Of a DNA stretch of 64,000 nucleotides, positions 49,203 to 60,606 are shown one piece after another. The first letter of the stretch is position 1, and every line of letters begins with the position of its first letter. Source of the stretch: Myxococcales bacterium (GTDB taxonomy: Bacteria; Myxococcota_A; Polyangia; Polyangiales; DASUME01). A model generated the notes under the pieces. It was not told where the DNA came from. It did not search any database and saw nothing but the letters and a program-made list of their open reading frames with translations. The stretch lies in the NCBI GenBank assembly GCA_047601445.1, contig JASGJH010000001.1, positions 5,856,001 to 5,920,000 on the forward strand, in the 5' to 3' direction. The position numbers were made by a program, and so were the translations under genes.

Positions 49203-52200
49203 ATGGGTCGCTTTTCCCCTCTCGCCATCCTCTTTCTCGGTCTGCTCCTCGTCTGCTTCGGGTGCCCTGGTTCGGATGCTACGTCACCCCAACTCGTGGT
49301 GGTGGTGGCAGCCGATCCGGTGCTTGCGCCTCAGATCGCAACCCTGGAGCTGGACACCAGCATGGGTCACCTCACGCTGACCGTGGGCGATCCTCGCGGC
49401 GAGCGCTTGCCGCTCTCGGTCGCGGTGCAGGGCAAGCCTGGCGCGGCCAGGTTGATCTCCGTCGTCGCCAAGTCCAGCAACGGGATTGTGGTGGCCCAGC
49501 GGGTGGCTCGCGTGCCCATCTTGAAAGGGCAACGCTCGGCTTATCTGGTGTACCTGACGGCCACCTGCGACTCCTGCGCGGATCAACCTGGCTTCATTTG
49601 CGGCAACTGCGGGACCTGCGAGCCGAGCGACGTGCAGCCGAGTCAGCTGGTGCCGCTGGCGGACGACGACGACGGTACGGACCTGGCCAAGCAGCCGCCG
49701 GTGTGCGGTGGCGATATCCCGATGGGCGATGGGGACGGAGATGGCGATGGCGGGGAGCACGCCGCGATGGACGGCTCCGTGTCCACGGGGGGCAGCGACG
49801 ATGCTGGCGCGGACGCCAGCGGCGGGGGCGGGGGCGACGGAGATGCCGAGATCCCGGTGATCCCGCTCTCCGATGCCAGCGTGGACGCCCTGACGGTGGT
49901 GGTCCCGGGCGCGGTGGGCGCTCCCAAGGACCAGCTGGTGAGCGCGCGTTTCCAGGTGCGGCTGCCGGCCGATACAGCCTTTCCCGTGAGCCTCGCCGTG
50001 AGCTCCGACGCGGGTCAGGTCCTGGCGGCTGACTGCAGCTCGGCCGCGCCCACCAGCATGGAGCAGCGCGAGATCAACCTGTGTCTCAAGCACACGCGGC
50101 CCACAGCCACTCGTACCCTGGCCATCAAGATCACGGCGAGCGCCGCCGGAGAGGAAGCCTCGGCCACGGTCGAATGGCGCATGCCCGCAACCCAGATTGC
50201 GGGAGGCTACGGGACCACCTGCGCGATCCTCGAGGACACCAGCCTCTACTGCTGGGGCGATCCGAGCCAGCTCGCCGTCGCCAACCCCAACGTCCCCGGC
50301 TTCAACCTGCAGATCACGCCCTTTCGTGCGGCCAGTGCGCCGGCGTTCAAGCACATCGAGCTCGGTAATATCTTCGGCTGTGGGCTCACTGCGGCGGGCC
50401 GCGTGCACTGCTGGGGCAACAACTCGCACGGCGAACTGGGTAGAACCTCTTCCAGCAGCAGCGCGATGGACTTCGCTCCGCTCGCCAACCCGAGTCAGGG
50501 CGGCGTGGACCTTTCGACCGGCGTGGACACCGTCTCCGCGGGCTTCGAGCACGCCTGCGCCGTCAAAGACGGTCGCCTGTACTGCTGGGGCAACTCTCGC
50601 GACATCTTGCTAGGCAGCAGCAAGGGCTACGTGGTGATTCCGGTCTCGGTGCCGATGCCCGGTGAGCCGGCCAGTTACACGCTCGACGTGGCGCCCAGCG
50701 TCTCCCACACCTGCGCGCTCGTGGGGGCCAACGCCGCGGCCACTGCGGGCAAGGTGTACTGCTGGGGCGATCGTCACGACGGGCACATGGGTGATGGCAT
50801 CAATCACGGGGACGCTTCGGCGACACCCGTGCAGGCGCCGCTGATCGATGGGGAGACGGAGCTGCTCGCGACGCGCCTGCAGGCGTTTGGCGATCAGACC
50901 TGCGCTGAGTCCGAGGGGAAGCTCTTCTGCTGGGGGAACAACGATGGTGCGCGCACGGGCACCGGTCTCGACTCGCCCGTGCTCACGCCGGCCGTGGTGC
51001 CGCTGCGCGGGACCCTGGTGGATTGGCAGCTCGGAGGACCTGGGGGCTGTGCCATCGTGGAGGAGGCGCTCGAAGGTGGGTCCGCGCGGCGCCTGTATTG
51101 CTGGGGCAGCACGGACAACGGTGAGTTCGCCAGTGCTTCCCGTCTGGGCGCCGTGACGCCGGTGCTGATCGACGCCGCGCCGCCGCAGCCCGAGGGGCTG
51201 GGGCTGGGGTTCCAGACCGTTTGCGTGCTGTCCGGGGGGGTGCCCTGGTGCTGGGGCAACAACGATTCAGCTCAGCTAGGCACGCGTCCTCTGCTCGACG
51301 CGAGCTATCAGCCGCACCTTGCCACGCGCCTTACCGCCATCGCAGGCGACTCGGTGAAGGAGATCGCCATGCCGCGCACGCTCTGGGGCACAGTCTGCAT
51401 GCGCAGCGACACCAAAGTGTGGTGTTGGGGCATCGGCGGCTACGGATCGCTCGGCTATCTCGACAAGAGCCGGCAAGCCACCCCCGTGCAGGTGCAGGGC
51501 CTGCCCGATGGCACGGTGAAGCAGGTCGTCTCGCAGGGAAAGTTCGGCTGCGCCATCGTGAATGACGAGGTCTATTGCTGGGGCATGACGCAGTTTGCCC
51601 AGCTCGGCAGCGAGGCGGTGCACATCGGTCGCCCGAACCCCGAGAAAGCGCCGCGCGAACTCGGCACGGACTACAAGGGGCGACTGTGCGGACTCTTCGG
51701 AGATGCCCCGCACGCCGAGGTCTATTGCTGGACGGACGTTGTCCAGGGGCCCATCGCGTTCGGCAGCGGCAACATCACGACCATTAGCGTCAGCGACGAC
51801 GGGCTCTGCGCAAACGTCGACGGTGGCGTGCAGTGTGCGGGAGTCAACTATCGACTCCAGCTCGGCAACGCGAGCGTGCTGGAGGACGAAGCGCCAGCCC
51901 AGCCGGTGGACGTGGATCTCGAGCTCGCGGCCGGAGAGAAAGTCATCGGCCTGGCGTCGCGTACCTATCGCTCCTGCGCCGTGACCAACTTCGGTGACCT
52001 GTGGTGTTGGGGCGACAGGGTCACGCCCGCGGCCGTGCAAGTGCACTCCGCGACCGACAAGGCCGTGGAGCTGCGCGGCGGCGCCGACAACCTTTGCTAC
52101 ATGCGTGAGAAGAGCGGTCAGCGCGCGGAGCTGTGGTGCGAGGGTTCCAACAGCCAGCATCAGCTCACGTCCCAGACCACCACCACGGCGCTCACCTTCT

Positions 52201-52388
52201 GGCGCATGGCCGAGCTGGTGGCGCCGCTAGGGCTCTTCGAGTCCGCCGGGCCCTACAACATGGCGACCATCTGCGCAAAAGACGCCGAGGGTCTCAAGTG
52301 TTGGGGCAACAATCAGAATCGCCAGCGCGGCGAAGGCCCAGACTTCTACGAGACCACGCCGCTCCCCGTGATGGCTTGGAGCAACTAG
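49203..52388 (+). CDS. Large lipoprotein with RCC1-like repeats
   Basis: Lipobox-like VCFGC; many xCWG-N-xxGQLG-like repeats (LYCWG, VHCWGNNSHGELG); GDGDGDG linker. Confidence 0.87.
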   Translation: MGRFSPLAILFLGLLLVCFGCPGSDATSPQLVVVVAADPVLAPQIATLELDTSMGHLTLTVGDPRGERLPLSVAVQGKPGAARLISVVAKSSNGIVVAQRVARVPILKGQRSAYLVYLTATCDSCADQPGFICGNCGTCEPSDVQPSQLVPLADDDDGTDLAKQPPVCGGDIPMGDGDGDGDGGEHAAMDGSVSTGGSDDAGADASGGGGGDGDAEIPVIPLSDASVDALTVVVPGAVGAPKDQLVSARFQVRLPADTAFPVSLAVSSDAGQVLAADCSSAAPTSMEQREINLCLKHTRPTATRTLAIKITASAAGEEASATVEWRMPATQIAGGYGTTCAILEDTSLYCWGDPSQLAVANPNVPGFNLQITPFRAASAPAFKHIELGNIFGCGLTAAGRVHCWGNNSHGELGRTSSSSSAMDFAPLANPSQGGVDLSTGVDTVSAGFEHACAVKDGRLYCWGNSRDILLGSSKGYVVIPVSVPMPGEPASYTLDVAPSVSHTCALVGANAAATAGKVYCWGDRHDGHMGDGINHGDASATPVQAPLIDGETELLATRLQAFGDQTCAESEGKLFCWGNNDGARTGTGLDSPVLTPAVVPLRGTLVDWQLGGPGGCAIVEEALEGGSARRLYCWGSTDNGEFASASRLGAVTPVLIDAAPPQPEGLGLGFQTVCVLSGGVPWCWGNNDSAQLGTRPLLDASYQPHLATRLTAIAGDSVKEIAMPRTLWGTVCMRSDTKVWCWGIGGYGSLGYLDKSRQATPVQVQGLPDGTVKQVVSQGKFGCAIVNDEVYCWGMTQFAQLGSEAVHIGRPNPEKAPRELGTDYKGRLCGLFGDAPHAEVYCWTDVVQGPIAFGSGNITTISVSDDGLCANVDGGVQCAGVNYRLQLGNASVLEDEAPAQPVDVDLELAAGEKVIGLASRTYRSCAVTNFGDLWCWGDRVTPAAVQVHSATDKAVELRGGADNLCYMREKSGQRAELWCEGSNSQHQLTSQTTTTALTFWRMAELVAPLGLFESAGPYNMATICAKDAEGLKCWGNNQNRQRGEGPDFYETTPLPVMAWSN

Positions 52389-52536
52389 CAAGATCTCTGT
52401 TCCCATCCGGGATTGCGCCCTTCGGGGACGTGCTGCGCTCGACACTCCTTCGCGTGCCTCCGTGGTAGAGAGCAGAGTGCGCGCCCATGCACCCATGGCG
52501 GACGGCAGGCGCGCGCGAGCCAACGGGAGACGAACG

Positions 52537-53205
52537 ATGCCGAGATTGTTCGAGCGACGTGCCGAGCACTGGTGTGTAGTGGCCCTACTTTCTTGGTGCG
52601 CAGCGTGCAGCGAAGGCGGCACACGGACGCAGCCAGAGGCCGTGGTGGCGCCAGCGAAGAGCAGCAACCTGAGCAACATCGAGCCCCCTGTCACCAAGGG
52701 CCGCAGCTACTCCTTCTCGTCAGGTGACTCGGCGATCACCTTCGTGGCCGCCAAGGTGACCCGCTCTCATCAGGGCTCTTTCGGAGCCTTCCATGGCACC
52801 GTCGACGTGGTCTCCGCTCAGCCCGAGCAGAGCTCGGTGCGCGTGGAGATCGAGATGGCGTCGATTCAGACCGACGAAGACCAGCTCACCGGCCACCTCA
52901 AGAAACCCGACCTGCTCGACGTCGCAAAGTATCCCAAGGCGAGCTTCGTCTCCACGTCGATCACCAAGGCACCGAGCGGCCCGCGCAGCCACCTCGTCAC
53001 CGGCGACTTCGAGCTGCATGGTGTGCGCAAGTCCATTCAGTTCCCGGCCGATATCCGGATCACGGAGGGAGGAGTCGAGGCAGATGGCGACTTCACCTTC
53101 AAACGTCAGGACTTCGGCATTACCTATCCGGGAATGCCCGACGATCTCATCAAGGACGATGTGGTCATCAAGCTCAAGGTTCGCGCCAAGCCCGACGCCG
53201 CGTAG
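52537..53205 (+). CDS. YceI-family lipid/polyisoprenoid-binding protein
   Basis: SAITFVAAK, HLKKPDLLDVAKYP, GDFELHGVRK, RQDFGI. Confidence 0.9.
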   Translation: MPRLFERRAEHWCVVALLSWCAACSEGGTRTQPEAVVAPAKSSNLSNIEPPVTKGRSYSFSSGDSAITFVAAKVTRSHQGSFGAFHGTVDVVSAQPEQSSVRVEIEMASIQTDEDQLTGHLKKPDLLDVAKYPKASFVSTSITKAPSGPRSHLVTGDFELHGVRKSIQFPADIRITEGGVEADGDFTFKRQDFGITYPGMPDDLIKDDVVIKLKVRAKPDAA

Positions 53206-53261
53206 ATCTCGTTCCGTCAGAAAGACTGGCATGCTGGTCTGAAAGACGATTCAATCGTGGC

Positions 53262-53945
53262 ATGCGAACGCAACCGACTTCGGGTGGCGCGGGGGGCGCC
53301 GCCACGCAAGCCGCCGAGCCGCGTCCAGCGGCCGAGCCGCGTGTCCAGTATCCCTCGGCTCGCGAGCAGATCCAGACCGGCGACGTGCTGCTCTTTCGGG
53401 GCACTTCGGCGGTCTCGCGCATCATCCGCTGGGGCAGCCGCAGTCCCTACTCCCACGCGGGTCTCGCGGCCTGGTGGGGCGACCGCTTGATCGTCTTTCA
53501 AGCTGTGAGCCATGGCGCGCAGGTCATCCCGCTCAGCAGCGCGGTGGACGCCTATGATGGACAGGTCGACTGGTGGACGCCGCACGCAGGGGTCACCGTC
53601 GATCGCGAGCGCCTGGTCGAACACGCGGTCACCATGCTCGGACGGGCCTACGCTTTCCACGGTGTGTTCGACCTGATGTGGCGCATGACCCAGCGGCGCT
53701 TCCGCGGCATGAAGGACCGCCGCGCCGCGCCCAAGGAGCTGTTCTGCTCCCAGTACGTGTCCTATTGCTATCGCAAGGCTGGCATCGACTTGGTAGATGG
53801 AACCGACGACGGCTCCACCAGTCCGGGCGATTTGGCGAACTCGGGTAGGCTCGTGTTCAGAGGGATCCTGCACGCGGATCCCGCCGAGAAGGCGGCCCGC
53901 AGGCAAGCAGCTCCGGGCAAACCCAAGCCGAAGGCCAAGGTCTAG
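53262..53945 (+). CDS. Permuted papain-like NlpC/P60 amidase (YiiX/YebB-like)
   Basis: TGDVLLFRG, YSHAGL (His), LFCSQYV (Cys), SPGDL. Confidence 0.82.
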   Translation: MRTQPTSGGAGGAATQAAEPRPAAEPRVQYPSAREQIQTGDVLLFRGTSAVSRIIRWGSRSPYSHAGLAAWWGDRLIVFQAVSHGAQVIPLSSAVDAYDGQVDWWTPHAGVTVDRERLVEHAVTMLGRAYAFHGVFDLMWRMTQRRFRGMKDRRAAPKELFCSQYVSYCYRKAGIDLVDGTDDGSTSPGDLANSGRLVFRGILHADPAEKAARRQAAPGKPKPKAKV

Positions 53946-53998
53946 TCGCACCCCACGGTGGCGGTGCCTGCGCCTGCGCGAGATGCGGCCTGGCGCGC

Positions 53999-55426
53999 TC
54001 AGTCCTGGTTGGAAGGCGAAGGCACGGGAGGGCACGGTGGCAGGTTATCTGCGCCGCTGCAGGCGGGGGGCTCCGCACTACCGGTGGTGCGCGCGAGGAT
54101 CCAGGCGGCTACCCAGTCCATGTCCAGCGAGACGATGCTCGCATGGGTCGCCTGCGGATCCACGCACGTGGTCAAGGTCGCGCTCTCACCGGGCACCAGC
54201 TCCTCGCTGATCTTCGCCACACCGCATTCCGCGAGCGCGGGGGTGACGGTGGTGTCCAGGCTGCCCTGCCAGATCACCATGGGCGCGCCCTGCGCGTCGA
54301 TGACGGGTCGATCCGCAGCGAAGCGCGGCATCCATTGTTGCGCGAGTGGGTTGTCGCAGCCGTGCTCCGTTGCGGCGCACGGCGTGAGCTCCGTCAGGAA
54401 CTGCGCGGTGAAGACGTCCGAGGGTTGATCGCCGAGCCCTTTCACGTAGTCGATGGTGGAGTTCAGACACTGATTGGCGATCTGGTCGACGATCTGCGCG
54501 CTGCGATCCTGATTGAATAGTGTGCCTCCCTGACTCGCTCCGTCTTCCAGCACGCTGTGGCTGTAGAAGTAGTACATCGAGCCTGTGTAAGGTTCGGCGT
54601 TGTCGTTCGGGCCACCGAGCAAAGGCACGCTGCCCACGTTGCGAATCGGGAACCAGATGGGCGCGAACGTGGCCACGCCATTGAGTTCGCCGTCGACCCC
54701 GTAGCTCTGCTGCATGCTCTGGGCGCTGAGCACGGCGTGGCCGCCCTGGCCGTAGCCGACCAGCACCGTGGTGTTCGCCAGATAGTGGCCGGACAGCATG
54801 GTGCGCGCGGCCCGCGTGGCGTCGAGCACGGTGTGTCCTTCGTCCGCCGCGCTCAGGTAGCCCGGGGGTTCATCCGAGTATCCGTAGCCCGCGTAATCGG
54901 GTGCGATCACGGTGAAGCCGCGCCCCACGAGCCCGATCAGCGCGGTATTGAGCAGCGGGTCGTTGCGCGAGGGCGCGCACTGGGTCCCGAGCCCCACCGT
55001 GTCATGGGCGTACACCACCAGGGGCTGCGTCTGACCGGTCACCACGGGTGTGAAAGGCAAGTAGACCAGGGCTGAGGTTACGCCTTCTTGATCCTCGTCG
55101 ATGCGGCTCGTCCGGTAGGCGATCACGTAGGTGTCGGCGCCCGTGTTGATGCCGGCGGAAGAATAGCCCTCGGACTCCAGCTGCTGCCGGATGGCCTGGG
55201 CGCCCAAGCTGGTGGACTTGGTGCAGCGAATGACCTGACCGCGACGCCGCAATGCCCACTGCGCGAGGCCCTTGACGCTGTGATAGGCGTCGGTGAGCGT
55301 GTCCGTGCAGTCGATGGCGACTGGAGAGCTGAGGCCCTCGCTGAACCCGCATGCAGCGAGCGCGCAGCCGCCCGACAACCAGGCCAACCGCGGGGTGGTG
55401 CGCATGCGGCGGGTAGGGCGCATCAC
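53999..55426 (-). CDS. Secretory-lipase-family alpha/beta hydrolase lipoprotein, catalytic Ser absent
   Basis: Lipobox ALAAC; CAPS, VIAPDYAG, LDATRAA; nucleophile elbow reads GYGQG. Confidence 0.82.
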   Translation of the reverse strand: MMRPTRRMRTTPRLAWLSGGCALAACGFSEGLSSPVAIDCTDTLTDAYHSVKGLAQWALRRRGQVIRCTKSTSLGAQAIRQQLESEGYSSAGINTGADTYVIAYRTSRIDEDQEGVTSALVYLPFTPVVTGQTQPLVVYAHDTVGLGTQCAPSRNDPLLNTALIGLVGRGFTVIAPDYAGYGYSDEPPGYLSAADEGHTVLDATRAARTMLSGHYLANTTVLVGYGQGGHAVLSAQSMQQSYGVDGELNGVATFAPIWFPIRNVGSVPLLGGPNDNAEPYTGSMYYFYSHSVLEDGASQGGTLFNQDRSAQIVDQIANQCLNSTIDYVKGLGDQPSDVFTAQFLTELTPCAATEHGCDNPLAQQWMPRFAADRPVIDAQGAPMVIWQGSLDTTVTPALAECGVAKISEELVPGESATLTTCVDPQATHASIVSLDMDWVAAWILARTTGSAEPPACSGADNLPPCPPVPSPSNQD

Positions 55427-55556
55427 GAAAAACCAAGCACCTACCCATTCTCCGGCAATGGATTTCGAACCGGGGAGGGCGTTGTCCTACACATTCACAG
55501 GGCGCTCGCACGCGAGCGCGCGCAAGAGCGCATCGGAGCTTTGAATCGAGCGCGCG

Positions 55557-56501
55557 ATGTCGTACGTCCAGAGCCGAATGCCAAGCCCTTCCCGATTTGG
55601 AACCTCACTCCGGCGAGGAGGCGGCGTCGCGCGGCGCCGCGTGCGAGCACTCGGAACGAGCCTCGCCCTCTTCTCATGCGTCGCTTGTGGCACATCGCAA
55701 GCTGCGAAAATGGCCCCTCAACACGCGGGACCGAGCCCTGTCTACGACGCGGCCGCCCTGCGCAACGAGGTCATCTACTCCAGCCCGGGCGAGGATCCTC
55801 GGATGGACATGTCCGGCATGGTGTCTCAAATGAGCGCGCCCTCCGCCGAGCAGGCCTACGCTGTGGCGACTCCCGCTCCTCCTCCTCCGCCAGTGGCACC
55901 GCAGCTTCCGCCCGGCGACGCACCCAAGGCTGAAGTCGCGTCCGACGCGGTACAGCCGGGGCCCATCTTGATCTACAGAGCGTCCTTCCTGCTCAGTGTG
56001 TACGAGGTGGAGAAGACGCAAGCCGCGCTGAAAGCCAAGGCCAAGGAGTTGGGCGGCTTCGTGTCGGAGCAGAACGACAGCATGCTCACGCTGCGGATAC
56101 CTTCGTCGCACTTCGAGCAAACGCTGACGGCGATCGAAGCGGCAGGCAAGGTCCGGTCACGCAACGTCACGGCCGCCGACGTGGGCGAAGAGTACCGTGA
56201 CGTCACGTTGCGTCTGCGCACGGCGGAGCTCCTGCGACAGCGTCTGGAGGCCATGCTCGCGAAGGCGGAGAAAGTGAGCGACGCGCTCGAAGTGCAGGCG
56301 CAGATCGAGCGCATCGTCCGTGAGATCGAGGGCCTCAAGGGTCACCTCCGGAATCTCAGCGACCAGATCGCCTACTCCACCATCACCATTCAGTTTCAGC
56401 CCGAGGCGCGCCCGGACCTCGACGACAGCGACGTCTTCAAGCTGCCCTATCCCTGGCTCGACGAACTCGGACTTCACAACCTGCTGGAGCTCGTACCATG
56501 A
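55557..56501 (+). CDS. DUF4349-like lipoprotein
   Basis: GGFVSEQ, LTLRIPS, DVGEEYRDV, coiled coil, IAYSTITIQF; start uncertain. Confidence 0.78.
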   Translation: MSYVQSRMPSPSRFGTSLRRGGGVARRRVRALGTSLALFSCVACGTSQAAKMAPQHAGPSPVYDAAALRNEVIYSSPGEDPRMDMSGMVSQMSAPSAEQAYAVATPAPPPPPVAPQLPPGDAPKAEVASDAVQPGPILIYRASFLLSVYEVEKTQAALKAKAKELGGFVSEQNDSMLTLRIPSSHFEQTLTAIEAAGKVRSRNVTAADVGEEYRDVTLRLRTAELLRQRLEAMLAKAEKVSDALEVQAQIERIVREIEGLKGHLRNLSDQIAYSTITIQFQPEARPDLDDSDVFKLPYPWLDELGLHNLLELVP

Positions 56502-56962
56502 ACCCCAAGGGCCCAATTGCGGTGCTCGCCGTCCTCTGTGCGCTGTCCACGGCGTGCCACGGCGCCAGCTTCGAGACCCCCAATCGCTTCGCCAAGCTCG
56601 CCGAGAGCGAACGCTACGAACAGCGGGCCACCAATCCACAGGGCGTGGTGGTGGCCGTACGCAAGATCGACCTGGCCGAGCCCGCCAGTCTCAACTTCTG
56701 GAGCGAGGCCGTGACGCAGCGCCTGCAGGGCGGGCAAGGCTATGCGCTACTGGGTGAGAAGGACGTGAAGGCCCAGACGGGTCACGGCGGCAAGCTCCTC
56801 TACTTCGGACGTGACCAAAACGGACATACCTTCGACTATTGGGTCGCAGTCTTCCCCGATCACAAGCGCCTGTATCTGCTCGAGGCCGGCGGACGTCGGG
56901 ATCGCTTCGACCAGGCCAAGGCCGAGATCGAGCGCGCGATCGCCAGCCTACGCATCGATTGA
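56498..56962 (+). CDS. Small hypothetical lipoprotein coupled to the DUF4349-like gene
   Basis: ATGA overlap; lipobox LSTAC; GC3 bias. Confidence 0.78.
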   Translation: MNPKGPIAVLAVLCALSTACHGASFETPNRFAKLAESERYEQRATNPQGVVVAVRKIDLAEPASLNFWSEAVTQRLQGGQGYALLGEKDVKAQTGHGGKLLYFGRDQNGHTFDYWVAVFPDHKRLYLLEAGGRRDRFDQAKAEIERAIASLRID

Positions 56963-57093
56963 TCGTCAGCCCGCCGGTTCCTCGGACGATAGGCGAGCTC
57001 TCCCTACACGCACGGATTGCGTCGCCGCCCATCGCCCGTGCAGACGGGTTTTTTGGCCCGTTCCCACGCCACTTGTGTCTACATTCGTTCCGA

Positions 57094-57642
57094 ATGCGTA
57101 GCTTGGCGTTGTGTCTCTTGCTGGCCGGGTGCTCCGTAGACCTGCAGGGCGTCTCGTCGGGAACCGTGGAGGGCGACGGCGACGGACCCGACCAGGAGAA
57201 GGACGCGCACGTCGAGCACGACGCGAACTCGAGCGATGCGCACGCCGACCCCGAAGTCCCCGACGCCGACCTGCCGCGACAGGACGCGCAAGTCGCGCAA
57301 GACGCGGGCCCGACCCATGACGCCGCCACGCCGTCCGTTGGCTATCAACCACCGGCCGGACAGATCGGCTCACGCTGCAATCAGAACAGCGACTGCGACG
57401 GCTTCCTCACCGCTCGCTGCGCCAAGGACGACGACCTGATCGGATCGGACACAGGCTACTGCACCCGCACCTGCACGGCGAACGGCGCTGGCAACCAGTG
57501 TGGCGCCGGTGCCATCTGCATCTCCGTGAACGGCTCGGGAACCTGTCAGCGCTACTGCAAGAACGACAACGAGTGCCGCCTCGAGGACGACTACCACTGC
57601 GTGGCGCACCCGATCTTGCAATACGGCCTTTGCTGGCAATAG
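57094..57642 (+). CDS. Cys-rich lipoprotein
   Basis: MRSLALCLLLAGC lipobox; acidic DA linker; IGSRCNQNSDC...GYCTRTC...CGAGAIC unit like 36637-37740. Confidence 0.8.
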   Translation: MRSLALCLLLAGCSVDLQGVSSGTVEGDGDGPDQEKDAHVEHDANSSDAHADPEVPDADLPRQDAQVAQDAGPTHDAATPSVGYQPPAGQIGSRCNQNSDCDGFLTARCAKDDDLIGSDTGYCTRTCTANGAGNQCGAGAICISVNGSGTCQRYCKNDNECRLEDDYHCVAHPILQYGLCWQ

Positions 57643-57703
57643 CTCGTACGAGGGCTCGCGGCGCGCCCCTCCCATGCGCTCTGGTGATGGCAAGTGGGTG
57701 CCC

Positions 57704-57937
57704 TCTGCGCGCGGTCGCCATGGGCTGCGCTCCGCATTCTCCCTTCTGCGCGCATGGCACGCCTCCGGCCGAAGCGCAGAACAGATGTGCGACCAGGTCA
57801 GCGACCCCATGAGCCGCGCTGTCTGAGCGAATCTCAAGTCCGCACGAGGAGCGAGTTCGCGGCCCCACCGCCCCAAGCTACCCCATGACGTACAGCCGTG
57901 GATCGAAGCCCATGGCGACCGCGCGCAGAAGGGAGAA
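57704..57937. repeat. Non-coding segment bounded by a perfect 23-bp inverted repeat
   Basis: 57704-57726 TCTGCGCGCGGTCGCCATGGGCT is the reverse complement of 57907-57929; 57737-57753 pairs with 57921-57937. Confidence 0.8.
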
Positions 57938-57955
57938 CCCGGCCGCGCGCGGGCT

Positions 57956-59777
<1,822 letters not shown>

Positions 59778-59874
59778 GTGATCACACTACCGAATCCACG
59801 CGGGCCCGTCAGGGCTTTCTCGGATCACCCCGCAGAAGGCGAGGGACCGAGATGTGTCCGCGTGTATGCCTGAG

Positions 59875-60474
59875 CTAGTTCTTGGCGGACTCGGCGGCCT
59901 TGGGTTTGGCCACCGCTACCATCGCGGCGCGCAGCAGCTTTCCACCCAAGCGAAAGCCCGGCACCATCTCGTGCACCACCGTGCCTGCGGGCTGGTCGCT
60001 CTCGAGCTGCTGCACGGCCTCGTGCAAACCCGGATCGAAGGGCTGGCCCACGCTCTCCACGCGTTCCACGCCGAGGCGTTCGAGCGCGTCCTCGGTCATC
60101 TTGAGCACCATGCGCACGCCTTCGACGATGGCGCCGACTTCCTTGGTGTGACCTGCCGCCTGGATGGCGCGCTGAAGGTTGTCGGAGACCGGCAGCATTT
60201 CGAGCAGTGCTCGCTCGAGACCCTTCTTCTGCGCGTCTTCGACGTCCTTTCGCGCGCGCTTGCGGAAGTTGTCGAAATCGGCGGCGGTCCGGAGGAGCTG
60301 GTCCTTCAGACGTGCGGCCTCTTCCTTGGCTTTCTCCAGCTCGAGACGCAGCAGATCCTCGGTTGAGGGCTCAGCGCCACTTGCAGCAGATTCGGTCTCG
60401 GGGGCGCCGTTCGCGGCGCCGGAGTTCGCGGCCGAAGCCTCATCTACGCCCGGTTTCTGTTCAGCATCGTTCAC
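59875..60474 (-). CDS. grpE: Nucleotide exchange factor GrpE
   Basis: LRTAADFDNFRKR, PFDPGLHEAV, LRAAMVAVA. Confidence 0.96.
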   Translation of the reverse strand: MNDAEQKPGVDEASAANSGAANGAPETESAASGAEPSTEDLLRLELEKAKEEAARLKDQLLRTAADFDNFRKRARKDVEDAQKKGLERALLEMLPVSDNLQRAIQAAGHTKEVGAIVEGVRMVLKMTEDALERLGVERVESVGQPFDPGLHEAVQQLESDQPAGTVVHEMVPGFRLGGKLLRAAMVAVAKPKAAESAKN

Positions 60475-60606
60475 GCAACATTCCCCTACGTTGGGGCCAA
60501 GATATCCACCCGGGTCCCGCTGGCAAGGCGTCGAAGCGCGCCCTCGGGCGCGCGAGCGGAAGAACGGCGACGAGGCCAGTACGCTAAAGCGTGCGCCCGA
60601 GGGGCC

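Noticed and set aside
57834..57955. C-terminal extension of DnaK as a novel domain or programmed frameshift
   Set aside because: No slippery heptamer at the shift site; a single-base indel explains it
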